Part shown: piece by piece, positions 6,279-13,320 of the stretch | Position numbering within the stretch: position 1 is the first letter of the stretch | Layout: the number at the start of each line of letters is the position of its first letter | DNA from: a virus | Lineage: Duplodnaviria > Caudoviricetes | Direction: 5' to 3' (one strand) | Virus record (IMG/VR): IMGVR_UViG_3300009095_001359 | Location: 1-25,705 of that record | Length of the DNA: 25,705 bases | Program-made: the position numbers and the translations under genes | Notes under the pieces: model-generated | Seen by the model: the letters and a program-made list of their open reading frames with translations, nothing else | What the model was told of the DNA's origin: nothing | Databases searched by the model: none

Positions 6279-6589
6279 ATGCTCGGGAGTTCGACGCTAA
6301 CTCGCCGGACGGTCGATGCGAGATGGACAACTACAAGCTCTGCAACAAATGCACCGCGAAGCGGGCGCAGACTTACGCTGTTCTCGGAGCTGCACATAAG
6401 CCCACTGAGAGCCTGCCAGAGCCGGACCCGACTAGGCTCGCCCTGAAAGCCGCTGGGTACTCTAGCGACGAATACAACACGCTGACGCTCATCCCAATCA
6501 TCCTCGGATGGCTGGCTGATGACGTGGCAGTGTTCGATGACCCGGAGCTGCTGGATATCATCGCCAGCAAACACAAGATCACAGCATGA
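6179..6589 (+). CDS. Hypothetical protein (H..C..CxxC putative zinc binding)
   Basis: RBS AGGAGAGAG; YHA..AAC..LCNKC. Confidence 0.75.
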   Translation: MWATTKKNGTYHATYELNGEPVAACNRRIRPTVDAREFDANSPDGRCEMDNYKLCNKCTAKRAQTYAVLGAAHKPTESLPEPDPTRLALKAAGYSSDEYNTLTLIPIILGWLADDVAVFDDPELLDIIASKHKITA

Positions 6590-6596
6590 CGGACAG

Positions 6597-6629
6597 CAAA
6601 ACGCCCCGCCGCACCCTACGCGGCGGGGC
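6597..6629. terminator. GC-rich hairpin, probable terminator
   Basis: GCCCCGCCGC-7 nt-GCGGCGGGGC preceded by AAAAC. Confidence 0.55.
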
Positions 6630-6759
6630 TAGCTGCTTCTGCAGCCGTACAACGGTTTACCGTAGTATAGCAGAGTGGCAGCCCTACCAGGCCCAAACAC
6701 GAGACCTGCGCGGCAGGACTGCCACCCCATCACTCATCAGATCGAGATTGGATTGATAA

Positions 6760-6978
6760 ATGACAGCCAGCAGTCTACCAGAGCCGGACGGGTACCCGTA
6801 CATGGATGGGCACGCTCCGGGGCGTGGGCGAGCGTTGTGCATGTTCTGCGGTCACGGCTGGCCGTGCCCAGAGGCGCGCGATCGCGGGATCACTAAAGCG
6901 GTCGTTCTAGCCGAGATACTCCGGACAGTGAGAGGCGTAGACGCGCCACCGCCGGACCCAGAGGCTACCGAGACCTAG
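6760..6978 (+). CDS. Small zinc-finger-like protein
   Basis: H...CMFCGHGWPC motif. Confidence 0.6.
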   Translation: MTASSLPEPDGYPYMDGHAPGRGRALCMFCGHGWPCPEARDRGITKAVVLAEILRTVRGVDAPPPDPEATET

Positions 6979-7061
6979 CCTCAGCTCTGGCAGGCTCTCA
7001 GAATCGATCTCAGGCTGTTTTCCCTGGTCAGACAGGCCGGGGAATTTTCTTTGACCCCCGC

Positions 7062-7091
7062 TAGACAATCCAGAATCTGGAGTGTTAAGCT
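7062..7091 (+). promoter_or_regulatory. Promoter P5 with operator
   Basis: TAGACA-18 bp (ATCCAGAATCTGGAGTGT)-TAAGCT. Confidence 0.8.
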
Positions 7092-7137
7092 TGTGTCATC
7101 GCAAGGGAAAGCCGGGAGGCGGAACCAGGCGAGGCAG

Positions 7138-7161
7138 GTTGTTACAGAACTAAACAGTGTG
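7138..7161 (+). promoter_or_regulatory. rrn boxA-like antitermination motif, copy 2
   Basis: GTTGTTACAGAACTAAACAGTGTG downstream of P5. Confidence 0.55.
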
Positions 7162-7266
7162 AGTGTCCAGCCCAGCAGGGCAGAGAGATTAGCCGTTGAG
7201 TGCTCTCGGACCATGACCGCCAGCCGAGATTGAGCCAAAGGCTCTGGCGAAATAACCACGGACCAG

Positions 7267-7323
7267 CTTTGAAGGTTGGCCTTCCCAGTTCAGTAATTGA
7301 ACTGGTTAGGGGAGCTTTTAGAG
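7267..7323 (+). repeat. Conserved stem-loop before RBS, copy 1
   Basis: AAGGTTGGCCTTCC-[hairpin]-GTTAGGGGAGCTTTTAGA. Confidence 0.7.
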
Positions 7324-7334
7324 AGGATAGAACA

Positions 7335-7538
7335 ATGATTAATGTCCTTACCGATCGCGTATGGTTCATCCGATACGCCAACAACGGCAATTATGCTCTC
7401 AGCCGTGAGCGCATCTCCTATCGAGAAAACGGGGAAGTGCAGCTCTACACGCTGAAGGAGGCTAAAGCGAAGATCGACGAGCTTAAGCCGCTCAGCCCGA
7501 GCGTCGAATTTTTCCTAGACCTTGATATCGAAGACTAA
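7335..7538 (+). CDS. Hypothetical protein
   Basis: ATG after GAGAGGA. Confidence 0.7.
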   Translation: MINVLTDRVWFIRYANNGNYALSRERISYRENGEVQLYTLKEAKAKIDELKPLSPSVEFFLDLDIED

Positions 7539-7548
7539 ATGACAGTTC

Positions 7549-7596
7549 GCCTCCGGTCGGTATCGGCCGTACGCAGCAAAGCAACCGGAGGCACTC
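7549..7596 (+). other. Mini tRNA-like element 3 (degenerate)
   Basis: GCCTCCGG/CCGGAGGC+ACTC. Confidence 0.45.
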
Positions 7597-7624
7597 AGAG
7601 AGCTTTTAGAGAGAGGAAACAGCC

Positions 7625-7864
7625 GTGTTCAGTGCGACTGAAGAAAAGGCACGCGCGCTTATCAGTGCGCTCAATGATCGCATGTTGTGCCGTGTCATGG
7701 CCGACACCAATAAAAAGCGCAACACAGCAGACCTTATTACGGTGCGTGGATGGCTTATGGACGAGATAGAAGCTCGTCTCGGCCGGGAGAAATTCGAAGC
7801 GTGGCTGGACACAGAGGCGGAACAGGGCAGGTACGTCAACCCCTGGGAGTTCTTTAAGTCGTAG
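7625..7864 (+). CDS. Hypothetical protein
   Basis: GTG after GAGAGGA. Confidence 0.75.
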   Translation: MFSATEEKARALISALNDRMLCRVMADTNKKRNTADLITVRGWLMDEIEARLGREKFEAWLDTEAEQGRYVNPWEFFKS

Positions 7865-7873
7865 GGGGTCTGG

Positions 7874-7928
7874 TCTAAAGGTTGGCCTTCCCGCCCGTCT
7901 CGCACGGGCGGTTAGGGGAGCTTTTAGA
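7874..7928 (+). repeat. Conserved stem-loop before RBS, copy 2
   Basis: Same flanks as 7267-7323 with a different but fully paired apical hairpin. Confidence 0.7.
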
Positions 7929-7939
7929 AAGGGGATCAA

Positions 7940-8098
7940 ATGAAAAAGATCACGGCGCTTCTGACGGTTGAGGTTAGCGAAAAGACGCTAGCTGAGTTTG
8001 GGTACGCGCTTGAGGAATTCGCGGCGATGGTTCGGGCGCGTGCTGAATCGGACATGCACGAATTCCTCAACGGACACGCCAAGGTCAAAGTCAAGTAA
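7940..8098 (+). CDS. Hypothetical protein (52 aa, not in ORF track)
   Basis: MKKITALLTVEVSEK...KVK*, RBS AAAGGGG. Confidence 0.7.
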   Translation: MKKITALLTVEVSEKTLAEFGYALEEFAAMVRARAESDMHEFLNGHAKVKVK

Positions 8099-8105
8099 AA
8101 CAACC

Positions 8106-8151
8106 GCCTAGGGTGGTCTCATTCAGGGTTCGATTCCCTGGCTAGGCACTC
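8106..8151 (+). other. Mini tRNA-like element 4
   Basis: GCCTAG/CTAGGC+ACTC with canonical T-arm CAGGG-TTCGATT-CCCTG. Confidence 0.65.
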
Positions 8152-8173
8152 GGACAAGAGAAAGGAAATTGCA

Positions 8174-8383
8174 ATGGACGCATTGGAAGAACGTAATTCG
8201 CTGCGAGCACAGGTCAAGGCTGGAGCCAAATACATTGAAGAGCTTAGGGCTGCTGCGGACAAGGCGGAGAGCTTGTCCGTGCGACAAACGTTTCTTGACT
8301 CGGCTAGAGACAGCGAGAAGCGGCTCGCGTGGCTTGAATTCAAACTCCACGCTGCGGAAGACCGGCTTAACCGGGAAGGCTGA
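8174..8383 (+). CDS. Hypothetical coiled-coil protein
   Basis: RBS AAAGGA. Confidence 0.7.
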   Translation: MDALEERNSLRAQVKAGAKYIEELRAAADKAESLSVRQTFLDSARDSEKRLAWLEFKLHAAEDRLNREG

Positions 8384-8387
8384 ACCA

Positions 8388-8570
8388 ATGCACAGAATCG
8401 AACTCACAGAACAGCAGTGGGATCTCCTGCAGGAAATCATGAACGACGCTTTCCTGTCGTACGATCTCGCCTCCGAGCGGGAAAACGCACACCCGCGCAT
8501 CGCCGAGATGCGAGAGAACACACGGGAACTTTTCAACCAGATTGAAAAGCAGATCCGAACCGACAATTAG
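8388..8570 (+). CDS. Hypothetical protein
   Basis: MHRIELTEQQWDLL..., follows the previous stop. Confidence 0.65.
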   Translation: MHRIELTEQQWDLLQEIMNDAFLSYDLASERENAHPRIAEMRENTRELFNQIEKQIRTDN

Positions 8571-8585
8571 CTTAGCGCTGCTCAC

Positions 8586-8619
8586 AGGGAACCCTGACAG
8601 TGTAGTTAGGGTTCCCTTT
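8586..8619 (+). terminator. Probable terminator
   Basis: AGGGAACCCTGAC-6 nt-GTTAGGGTTCCCT-TT. Confidence 0.65.
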
Positions 8620-8637
8620 ATCTTGGAAAGATCACCA

Positions 8638-8814
8638 ATGTTTGAAATCCAGTTTTCGAAGAATAAGAAAGAAAAGTCCCTGAAATGGGATAACCCTAAT
8701 ATCCCAATCAAACTATTGAAGGCTTTTAAGGCTGAGTCTGAGGAATGGTCAGGCTGGGCTTACGTTATTAACTGCAGCAACGGCACTCGTATCTATCGTC
8801 AGTACATCAGCTAG
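8638..8814 (+). CDS. Hypothetical protein
   Basis: ATG after GGAAAG. Confidence 0.6.
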   Translation: MFEIQFSKNKKEKSLKWDNPNIPIKLLKAFKAESEEWSGWAYVINCSNGTRIYRQYIS

Positions 8815-8835
8815 ACAATTCAGAGGAGAAACACA

Positions 8836-9030
8836 GTGACTGCTTTCATCACGCACAAGGGCCGCGAGCACTACGGTAAGACTGCTGAGACGGCCGTCCG
8901 GCGAGTGTTTGGCAGAACGGCGCGACTCGTCCCGACCGGCGACCGCACCCGAGACGGGAAGTTCTACCGGGCGGACGTTGTTAAGGGCAAGACGGGACAC
9001 GTCCTGGGATCTGTGATCGTCAAGGAGTAG
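8836..9030 (+). CDS. Small basic hypothetical protein
   Basis: GTG after CAGAGGAGA. Confidence 0.7.
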   Translation: MTAFITHKGREHYGKTAETAVRRVFGRTARLVPTGDRTRDGKFYRADVVKGKTGHVLGSVIVKE

Positions 9031-9053
9031 CCGAGTAAGGGTAGACTCTGGGG

Positions 9054-9290
9054 ATGACCAGAACAGCCCTTACAGCCCTTCTCACAGCCTCTCTGCTCAC
9101 TGCCTGCACTAGTGAGCCTGAAGTGAAGTCCTGCCAGGAATGGGCAGAATCAGCGGGTGACGGTGAGTTCGCCTGCGAGTGGATGAAAGACAATGACGAT
9201 TACAACCTGTCAGAGATGACAGCGGATGAGTTCAGGGAGCTAGTTACTGACGTGACTAGTGACCTGGAAGACCTCCAGGAACTATTCTAG
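9054..9290 (+). CDS. Small lipoprotein
   Basis: Signal peptide with lipobox LTA-C; TAGACT -10 6 nt upstream of the ATG. Confidence 0.8.
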   Translation: MTRTALTALLTASLLTACTSEPEVKSCQEWAESAGDGEFACEWMKDNDDYNLSEMTADEFRELVTDVTSDLEDLQELF

Positions 9291-9304
9291 AAACGGTACA
9301 GGAC

Positions 9305-9332
9305 AGCCCTAGGCAGACAGTCTAGGGCTTTT
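9305..9332 (+). terminator. Terminator after lipoprotein gene
   Basis: AGCCCTAGGC-5 nt-GTCTAGGGCT-TTT. Confidence 0.75.
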
Positions 9333-9362
9333 CCTATCCCCTCAGAACAGGAGAGACAGACA

Positions 9363-9596
9363 GTGAACATCGACGAGATGCACGAACAGTATCAGGACCT
9401 GCTCATGACCTGCGTCGCATATAACACTCTGCTGGATGAGTATAAGAGGCGTCTGGAAAGTGCTGGGCGGCCTCTCCCAACACTTCACCAGCGTTGGGAG
9501 GACAACATTCCCCGCGTTCAGCGTCTGCTTGACGCCGTTAATAAGGAGAAAACTGCGCTTCGCCATAAGATCATGAAGATGGAAGAAGAGAGTTAG
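9363..9596 (+). CDS. Hypothetical protein
   Basis: GTG after AGGAGAG. Confidence 0.7.
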   Translation: MNIDEMHEQYQDLLMTCVAYNTLLDEYKRRLESAGRPLPTLHQRWEDNIPRVQRLLDAVNKEKTALRHKIMKMEEES

Positions 9597-9616
9597 ATCT
9601 ATTAACAATTGAATAA

Positions 9617-9689
9617 GCCTCGCTAGCTCAATGGATAGAGCGGCAGATTCCTAATCTGAAGGTTCTAGGTTCGAATCCTAGGTGAGGCA
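9617..9689 (+). tRNA. tRNA-Arg(CCT)
   Basis: Acceptor GCCTCGC/GTGAGGC, loop TTCCTAA, T-arm CTAGG-TTCGAAT-CCTAG. Confidence 0.9.
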
Positions 9690-9731
9690 CTAACAACTGA
9701 ATAACACAGCAACAGAGGAGAGGAAAAAGGA

Positions 9732-10064
9732 ATGGACTTTTCGGAACAGATTAAGGCTGGCATGGAATGGCTGGATGAGAACCGTCCCGGATGGGACGCT
9801 GAGATTCACCTACCGGACCTGGAGATGGAAAACACGTCTTGTTGTGTTCTGGGTCAGACCGGAGGGTACATTGAGGCTGTCTCCCACCGCAATTCCGAAT
9901 GGGTTTCGTCTAAGGGCTTTATGGTGGACGACATTGTCTTTTGGGCTGCTACGGACTCCGATGCTAGGCAGTCACTTTACAATGACCTGACCTCGCAGTG
10001 GCGAGACGCTATCCAGGCCCGACAGGACACTTACGACGGCATTAATCAGGCTGTCAGCAACTAA
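9732..10064 (+). CDS. Hypothetical protein
   Basis: RBS; WLDE..PGW...CVLGQ. Confidence 0.8.
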   Translation: MDFSEQIKAGMEWLDENRPGWDAEIHLPDLEMENTSCCVLGQTGGYIEAVSHRNSEWVSSKGFMVDDIVFWAATDSDARQSLYNDLTSQWRDAIQARQDTYDGINQAVSN

Positions 10065-10079
10065 CAGAGGAGAACAGTA

Positions 10080-10448
10080 ATGGATCAGTGCCCTAACTGC
10101 GGTTTCGAGGAAGACCCTAGCCTGAATGGGCGGTTTGCGTATAAGGAGCTGCGGGAGTTCACTAGTGGCGAAAAGCTCGCGGAGGCAATTAACGCCGCAG
10201 GGTGGAACGATTTTGACGTGACCCCCTGCTGGGACAATTGGGTTGACGGGTCGAATAGGACGTGGCGAATTCAGGGGTTCCGGGACGAGAGCGGAGACTA
10301 TGTTATTGCAGTTCACAATGGTAAGGAATGGGTCGCGGCCCGGTGGAACGGCGAATACAGGTATTACGGGTTTAGTGACGTAAGTGGCCTCCGCGTGCGT
10401 GGCCCGCTTGCCTCCTACCACCTGAAGGCTTTCGAGCCTACCGAGTAA
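10080..10448 (+). CDS. Hypothetical protein
   Basis: ATG after CAGAGGAGA. Confidence 0.75.
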   Translation: MDQCPNCGFEEDPSLNGRFAYKELREFTSGEKLAEAINAAGWNDFDVTPCWDNWVDGSNRTWRIQGFRDESGDYVIAVHNGKEWVAARWNGEYRYYGFSDVSGLRVRGPLASYHLKAFEPTE

Positions 10449-10511
10449 CCGAATAGCCTAACTTCACGACAACTGAATAACCTATTTTGTTTTATAGAGG
10501 AGAGTCTTTTT

Positions 10512-10784
10512 ATGGATATGTTCGCCGGTATGCCTAAGCCCAGCCCTGAAGAGGTTGAAGAGTCTGCCACTGAAGCGCTTATCAAGTTCGAAAAGCAGTT
10601 TGATTCGATCTATGAGAAGGCGGAGGGTATCGAGAATCCCACTGCTCTTATGGGTGCGCTTGGACTCGGTATCATTACTGCTATGCAGCGTGATCCCATG
10701 TTCGTGGTGGAATTCGCGACTCTTGCAACTTACAAGCTGATTCAGGCTGAGCGTGAAGCTGAGGAAATGGAAGAGGAGCTTTAG
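10512..10784 (+). CDS. Acidic hypothetical protein
   Basis: RBS AGAGGAG; adjacent to helicase. Confidence 0.75.
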   Translation: MDMFAGMPKPSPEEVEESATEALIKFEKQFDSIYEKAEGIENPTALMGALGLGIITAMQRDPMFVVEFATLATYKLIQAEREAEEMEEEL

Positions 10785-10786
10785 GT

Positions 10787-11590
10787 TTGGCTCAGAGTCT
10801 CTATCGCAGTATGCTAGAGGCTCCCGATGGTGGCGGTAACCTGCCCATGCCTTTTCCCGCACTAGAAGTGCATGGTGTGGCGTTTCGGCGCGGGCAGGTT
10901 GCCATTATCGGTGCAGCCCCTGGTGGCGGTAAAACTGCTTTCATCACTAATTACGCTATCGCCCCGAAAGTCGCAGAGTCAGTAGCTATCTTGTATCTGT
11001 CCCCTGACTCTGACATCATGACTATCGGGCCGCGTATTCTCGGGACAATGCAAGCGCGCGAGGTCAGAAACATTTTCCGTGACTTCGCTCGAAAAGGAGA
11101 CGAATACAGGCAGCACCTGGACACAGCGAAAAAACTTAAGCACATTCAGTGGAGCTTTCAGGCAGCGCCAACGTACGCTGACATTGAGGATGAGTTGAGA
11201 GCATATGTGGCTGTTCATGGTCACTGGCCCGACATGATTATTCTCGATAACATCCGTGACGTGTACGCTGAGAGCTCCGGCGATGGTGGCGAGCATCAAC
11301 GCCACGGCGCGACAGTCGACTACTTCCACGAGCTGTCAAGGCAGACTAATTCAGCAGTTGTGCTGCTGCATCACCTGACAGGGATTTATGAAGACTCAGC
11401 CATTGCTCCTCCCTTGTCTGCACTGCTGGGGAAGATCGGTAAGCAGGCTAGGCTAGTGCTGAACTTGTTCGCTGAGGGACCTAGCACTCTAGGAGTAGTC
11501 GTAGCCAAGTATAGTAGCGGCAAGGCTTTTGCTTCTGCGGACGAATATCTTACCCTTGATTGGGATAAGGAAACACAACTCATCACATAG
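10787..11590 (+). CDS. DnaB-like/RecA-fold helicase
   Basis: Walker A GAAPGGGKT, Walker B IILDN, VVLLHH. Confidence 0.88.
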   Translation: MAQSLYRSMLEAPDGGGNLPMPFPALEVHGVAFRRGQVAIIGAAPGGGKTAFITNYAIAPKVAESVAILYLSPDSDIMTIGPRILGTMQAREVRNIFRDFARKGDEYRQHLDTAKKLKHIQWSFQAAPTYADIEDELRAYVAVHGHWPDMIILDNIRDVYAESSGDGGEHQRHGATVDYFHELSRQTNSAVVLLHHLTGIYEDSAIAPPLSALLGKIGKQARLVLNLFAEGPSTLGVVVAKYSSGKAFASADEYLTLDWDKETQLIT

Positions 11591-11599
11591 GAGAGGGAC

Positions 11600-12082
11600 A
11601 TGATTGATCGACGTAATCTCATCAGGGCTGCTCTTGCGCTGCCTGTGGCTGCTGCTGCAGGTGCTGTAGGGTTCGCTCTCAACCAGGGAGGACAGGACAC
11701 TAGTCCTGCAGGGCACGCACAGGCACAGTCAGCGGCTGTAGAGGTGTTCGGGGTTATTAGGTTCCCTGCGGGAGGTCCGCAGATCCTGGACGACACTGGG
11801 CACACTCCGCAGGGGCTTACGTCCGTGACGATCGACGCTAACGGGTTCCTGCAGATCAACCACACTGATCTGCAGGTTGTCGGTTTCTCGTCTGTGACTG
11901 TTGACGAGACGTTGGCGGCTCGTGGGATCATCGCGGGCGGCTCACAGGGATTCGACGCTGTCCGGATCAAGTTCCGCGACACTGATAGTCAGTTGGCGCT
12001 GAATCTGAACAATTCTACTCACTACAGTAAGCTCGGAGGCACTAACGCTAATATCTGGTTCTACGCCAGGTCTGCGAACTAA
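11600..12082 (+). CDS. Putative Tat-exported protein
   Basis: IDRRNLI twin-arginine motif, hydrophobic stretch, linker, beta-rich domain. Confidence 0.7.
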   Translation: MIDRRNLIRAALALPVAAAAGAVGFALNQGGQDTSPAGHAQAQSAAVEVFGVIRFPAGGPQILDDTGHTPQGLTSVTIDANGFLQINHTDLQVVGFSSVTVDETLAARGIIAGGSQGFDAVRIKFRDTDSQLALNLNNSTHYSKLGGTNANIWFYARSAN

Positions 12083-12100
12083 GGAAAGCAGTGAAAGATA

Positions 12101-12283
12101 ATGAGCGGTAAAGTCACTGCGCATGATCTCATGACCGACGAGATTTACATTATTACAACTTACGACGACGCCAAGGACGCGACAATTGAAATCACGTCCC
12201 CGTCCGGGGTCCGGTTGTCTTGCCGTACTAACTACACCCTAGCTCTTAGACTCCGTTCAACCCTGGGACCATTGGAGAAGTAA
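12101..12283 (+). CDS. Hypothetical protein
   Basis: Fills gap in operon. Confidence 0.6.
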   Translation: MSGKVTAHDLMTDEIYIITTYDDAKDATIEITSPSGVRLSCRTNYTLALRLRSTLGPLEK

Positions 12284-12315
12284 ACGACCGATGAAGGTTA
12301 GAAGCTGATTCAAAG

Positions 12316-12759
12316 GTGACACGTAAGCCTTGCCCAGATTGCAAGGCTGAGGGAAAAACCAAATACGCTAGTTGTAAGTGTCAGCGGCCTCATCCTTGGG
12401 GCCGCTGTCATACTCACCACAAGAAGGCTGTTAAAACAGCCTCAGACGCTCGCCATGACTCGTATGTCTGTGACCTGTACGGGTTACTGCCTGGCGAGTA
12501 TCAGAGGCTCTATGAGGCCCAGGGTGGCCGCTGTGCTGTCTGCCAGAGAGCCCGAGGCATCAGACGCAGGCTAGCAGTAGATCACGACCACGCGACAGGA
12601 CTTGTCCGTGGTCTTTTGTGTTCTACCTGCAACAAAATGCTAGGACACTCTAGGGACAGTCCTAGCTTTTTTCAGCGCGCTATTCAGTATTTGGTTAGTC
12701 CTCCAGCTCAGCAACTATTGGGCGAAAGAATTCATAAAGACAACAGAGGAGAGAAGTAA
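12316..12759 (+). CDS. Endonuclease VII (Holliday junction resolvase-like)
   Basis: QGGRCAVC...LAVDHDHATGLVRGLLCSTCN. Confidence 0.92.
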   Translation: MTRKPCPDCKAEGKTKYASCKCQRPHPWGRCHTHHKKAVKTASDARHDSYVCDLYGLLPGEYQRLYEAQGGRCAVCQRARGIRRRLAVDHDHATGLVRGLLCSTCNKMLGHSRDSPSFFQRAIQYLVSPPAQQLLGERIHKDNRGEK

Positions 12760-12938
12760 TGACAGCTGACAACAAGGAAATAACAATCAAGCTGACTTAC
12801 GTTGAATCATGCTATCTGCGAGTCGCGGTTGAAGAGTTCGCAGACATGCTCAAGAAGTCGGAAGGAGTCGAACAGGCAAAGCCGTACATTGAAATTTACG
12901 AGTTTGTTAATCAGCAAGTTCTGAGCCAGCTTGATTAG
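12759..12938 (+). CDS. Hypothetical protein (59 aa, not in ORF track)
   Basis: TAATG coupling, RBS CAGAGGAGA. Confidence 0.7.
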   Translation: MTADNKEITIKLTYVESCYLRVAVEEFADMLKKSEGVEQAKPYIEIYEFVNQQVLSQLD

Positions 12939-12951
12939 GGGGCGAGAATGA

Positions 12952-13320
12952 ATGAGTCTCATTCAAGCCGTACTGACTGAGCATGGCTACACAGGAGAAG
13001 ACATCCCCGATACCGATAAATGGATAAGCGTTCTCTGCCCTTACCACAGCGAAGAGAAGCCTAGCGCCAGAGTGAATGGTCACTTGGGTGCTTTTAAATG
13101 CTTGGCATGTGGCGTATCGGGTGACTGTTTGAAACTTCTCAGGAAGGAGGAGAACCTAGATTATGCAGGTGCTCAGCGGAGACTTGAAAAAATCGCTGCT
13201 GAAATCGGCTATGAGCTACCGAGAGCAGTTGGCAGACAACCCGGCCGCCCGAGAGTATTTGGCGGCTCGCGGGATCACAGAGGAGACAGCCCAGGCGTTC
13301 GGCCTCGGTTTCGTGGCTGA
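12952..13320 (+). CDS. DNA primase zinc-finger (CHC2) subunit
   Basis: CPYHSEEKPSA...FKCLACG. Confidence 0.88.
   Translation: MSLIQAVLTEHGYTGEDIPDTDKWISVLCPYHSEEKPSARVNGHLGAFKCLACGVSGDCLKLLRKEENLDYAGAQRRLEKIAAEIGYELPRAVGRQPGRPRVFGGSRDHRGDSPGVRPRFRG

Noticed and set aside
6586-6756. MTDSKTPRRTLR ribbon-helix-helix-like start
   Set aside because: Similarity ends after 12 codons, inside a GC hairpin; cannot support a gene or pseudogene
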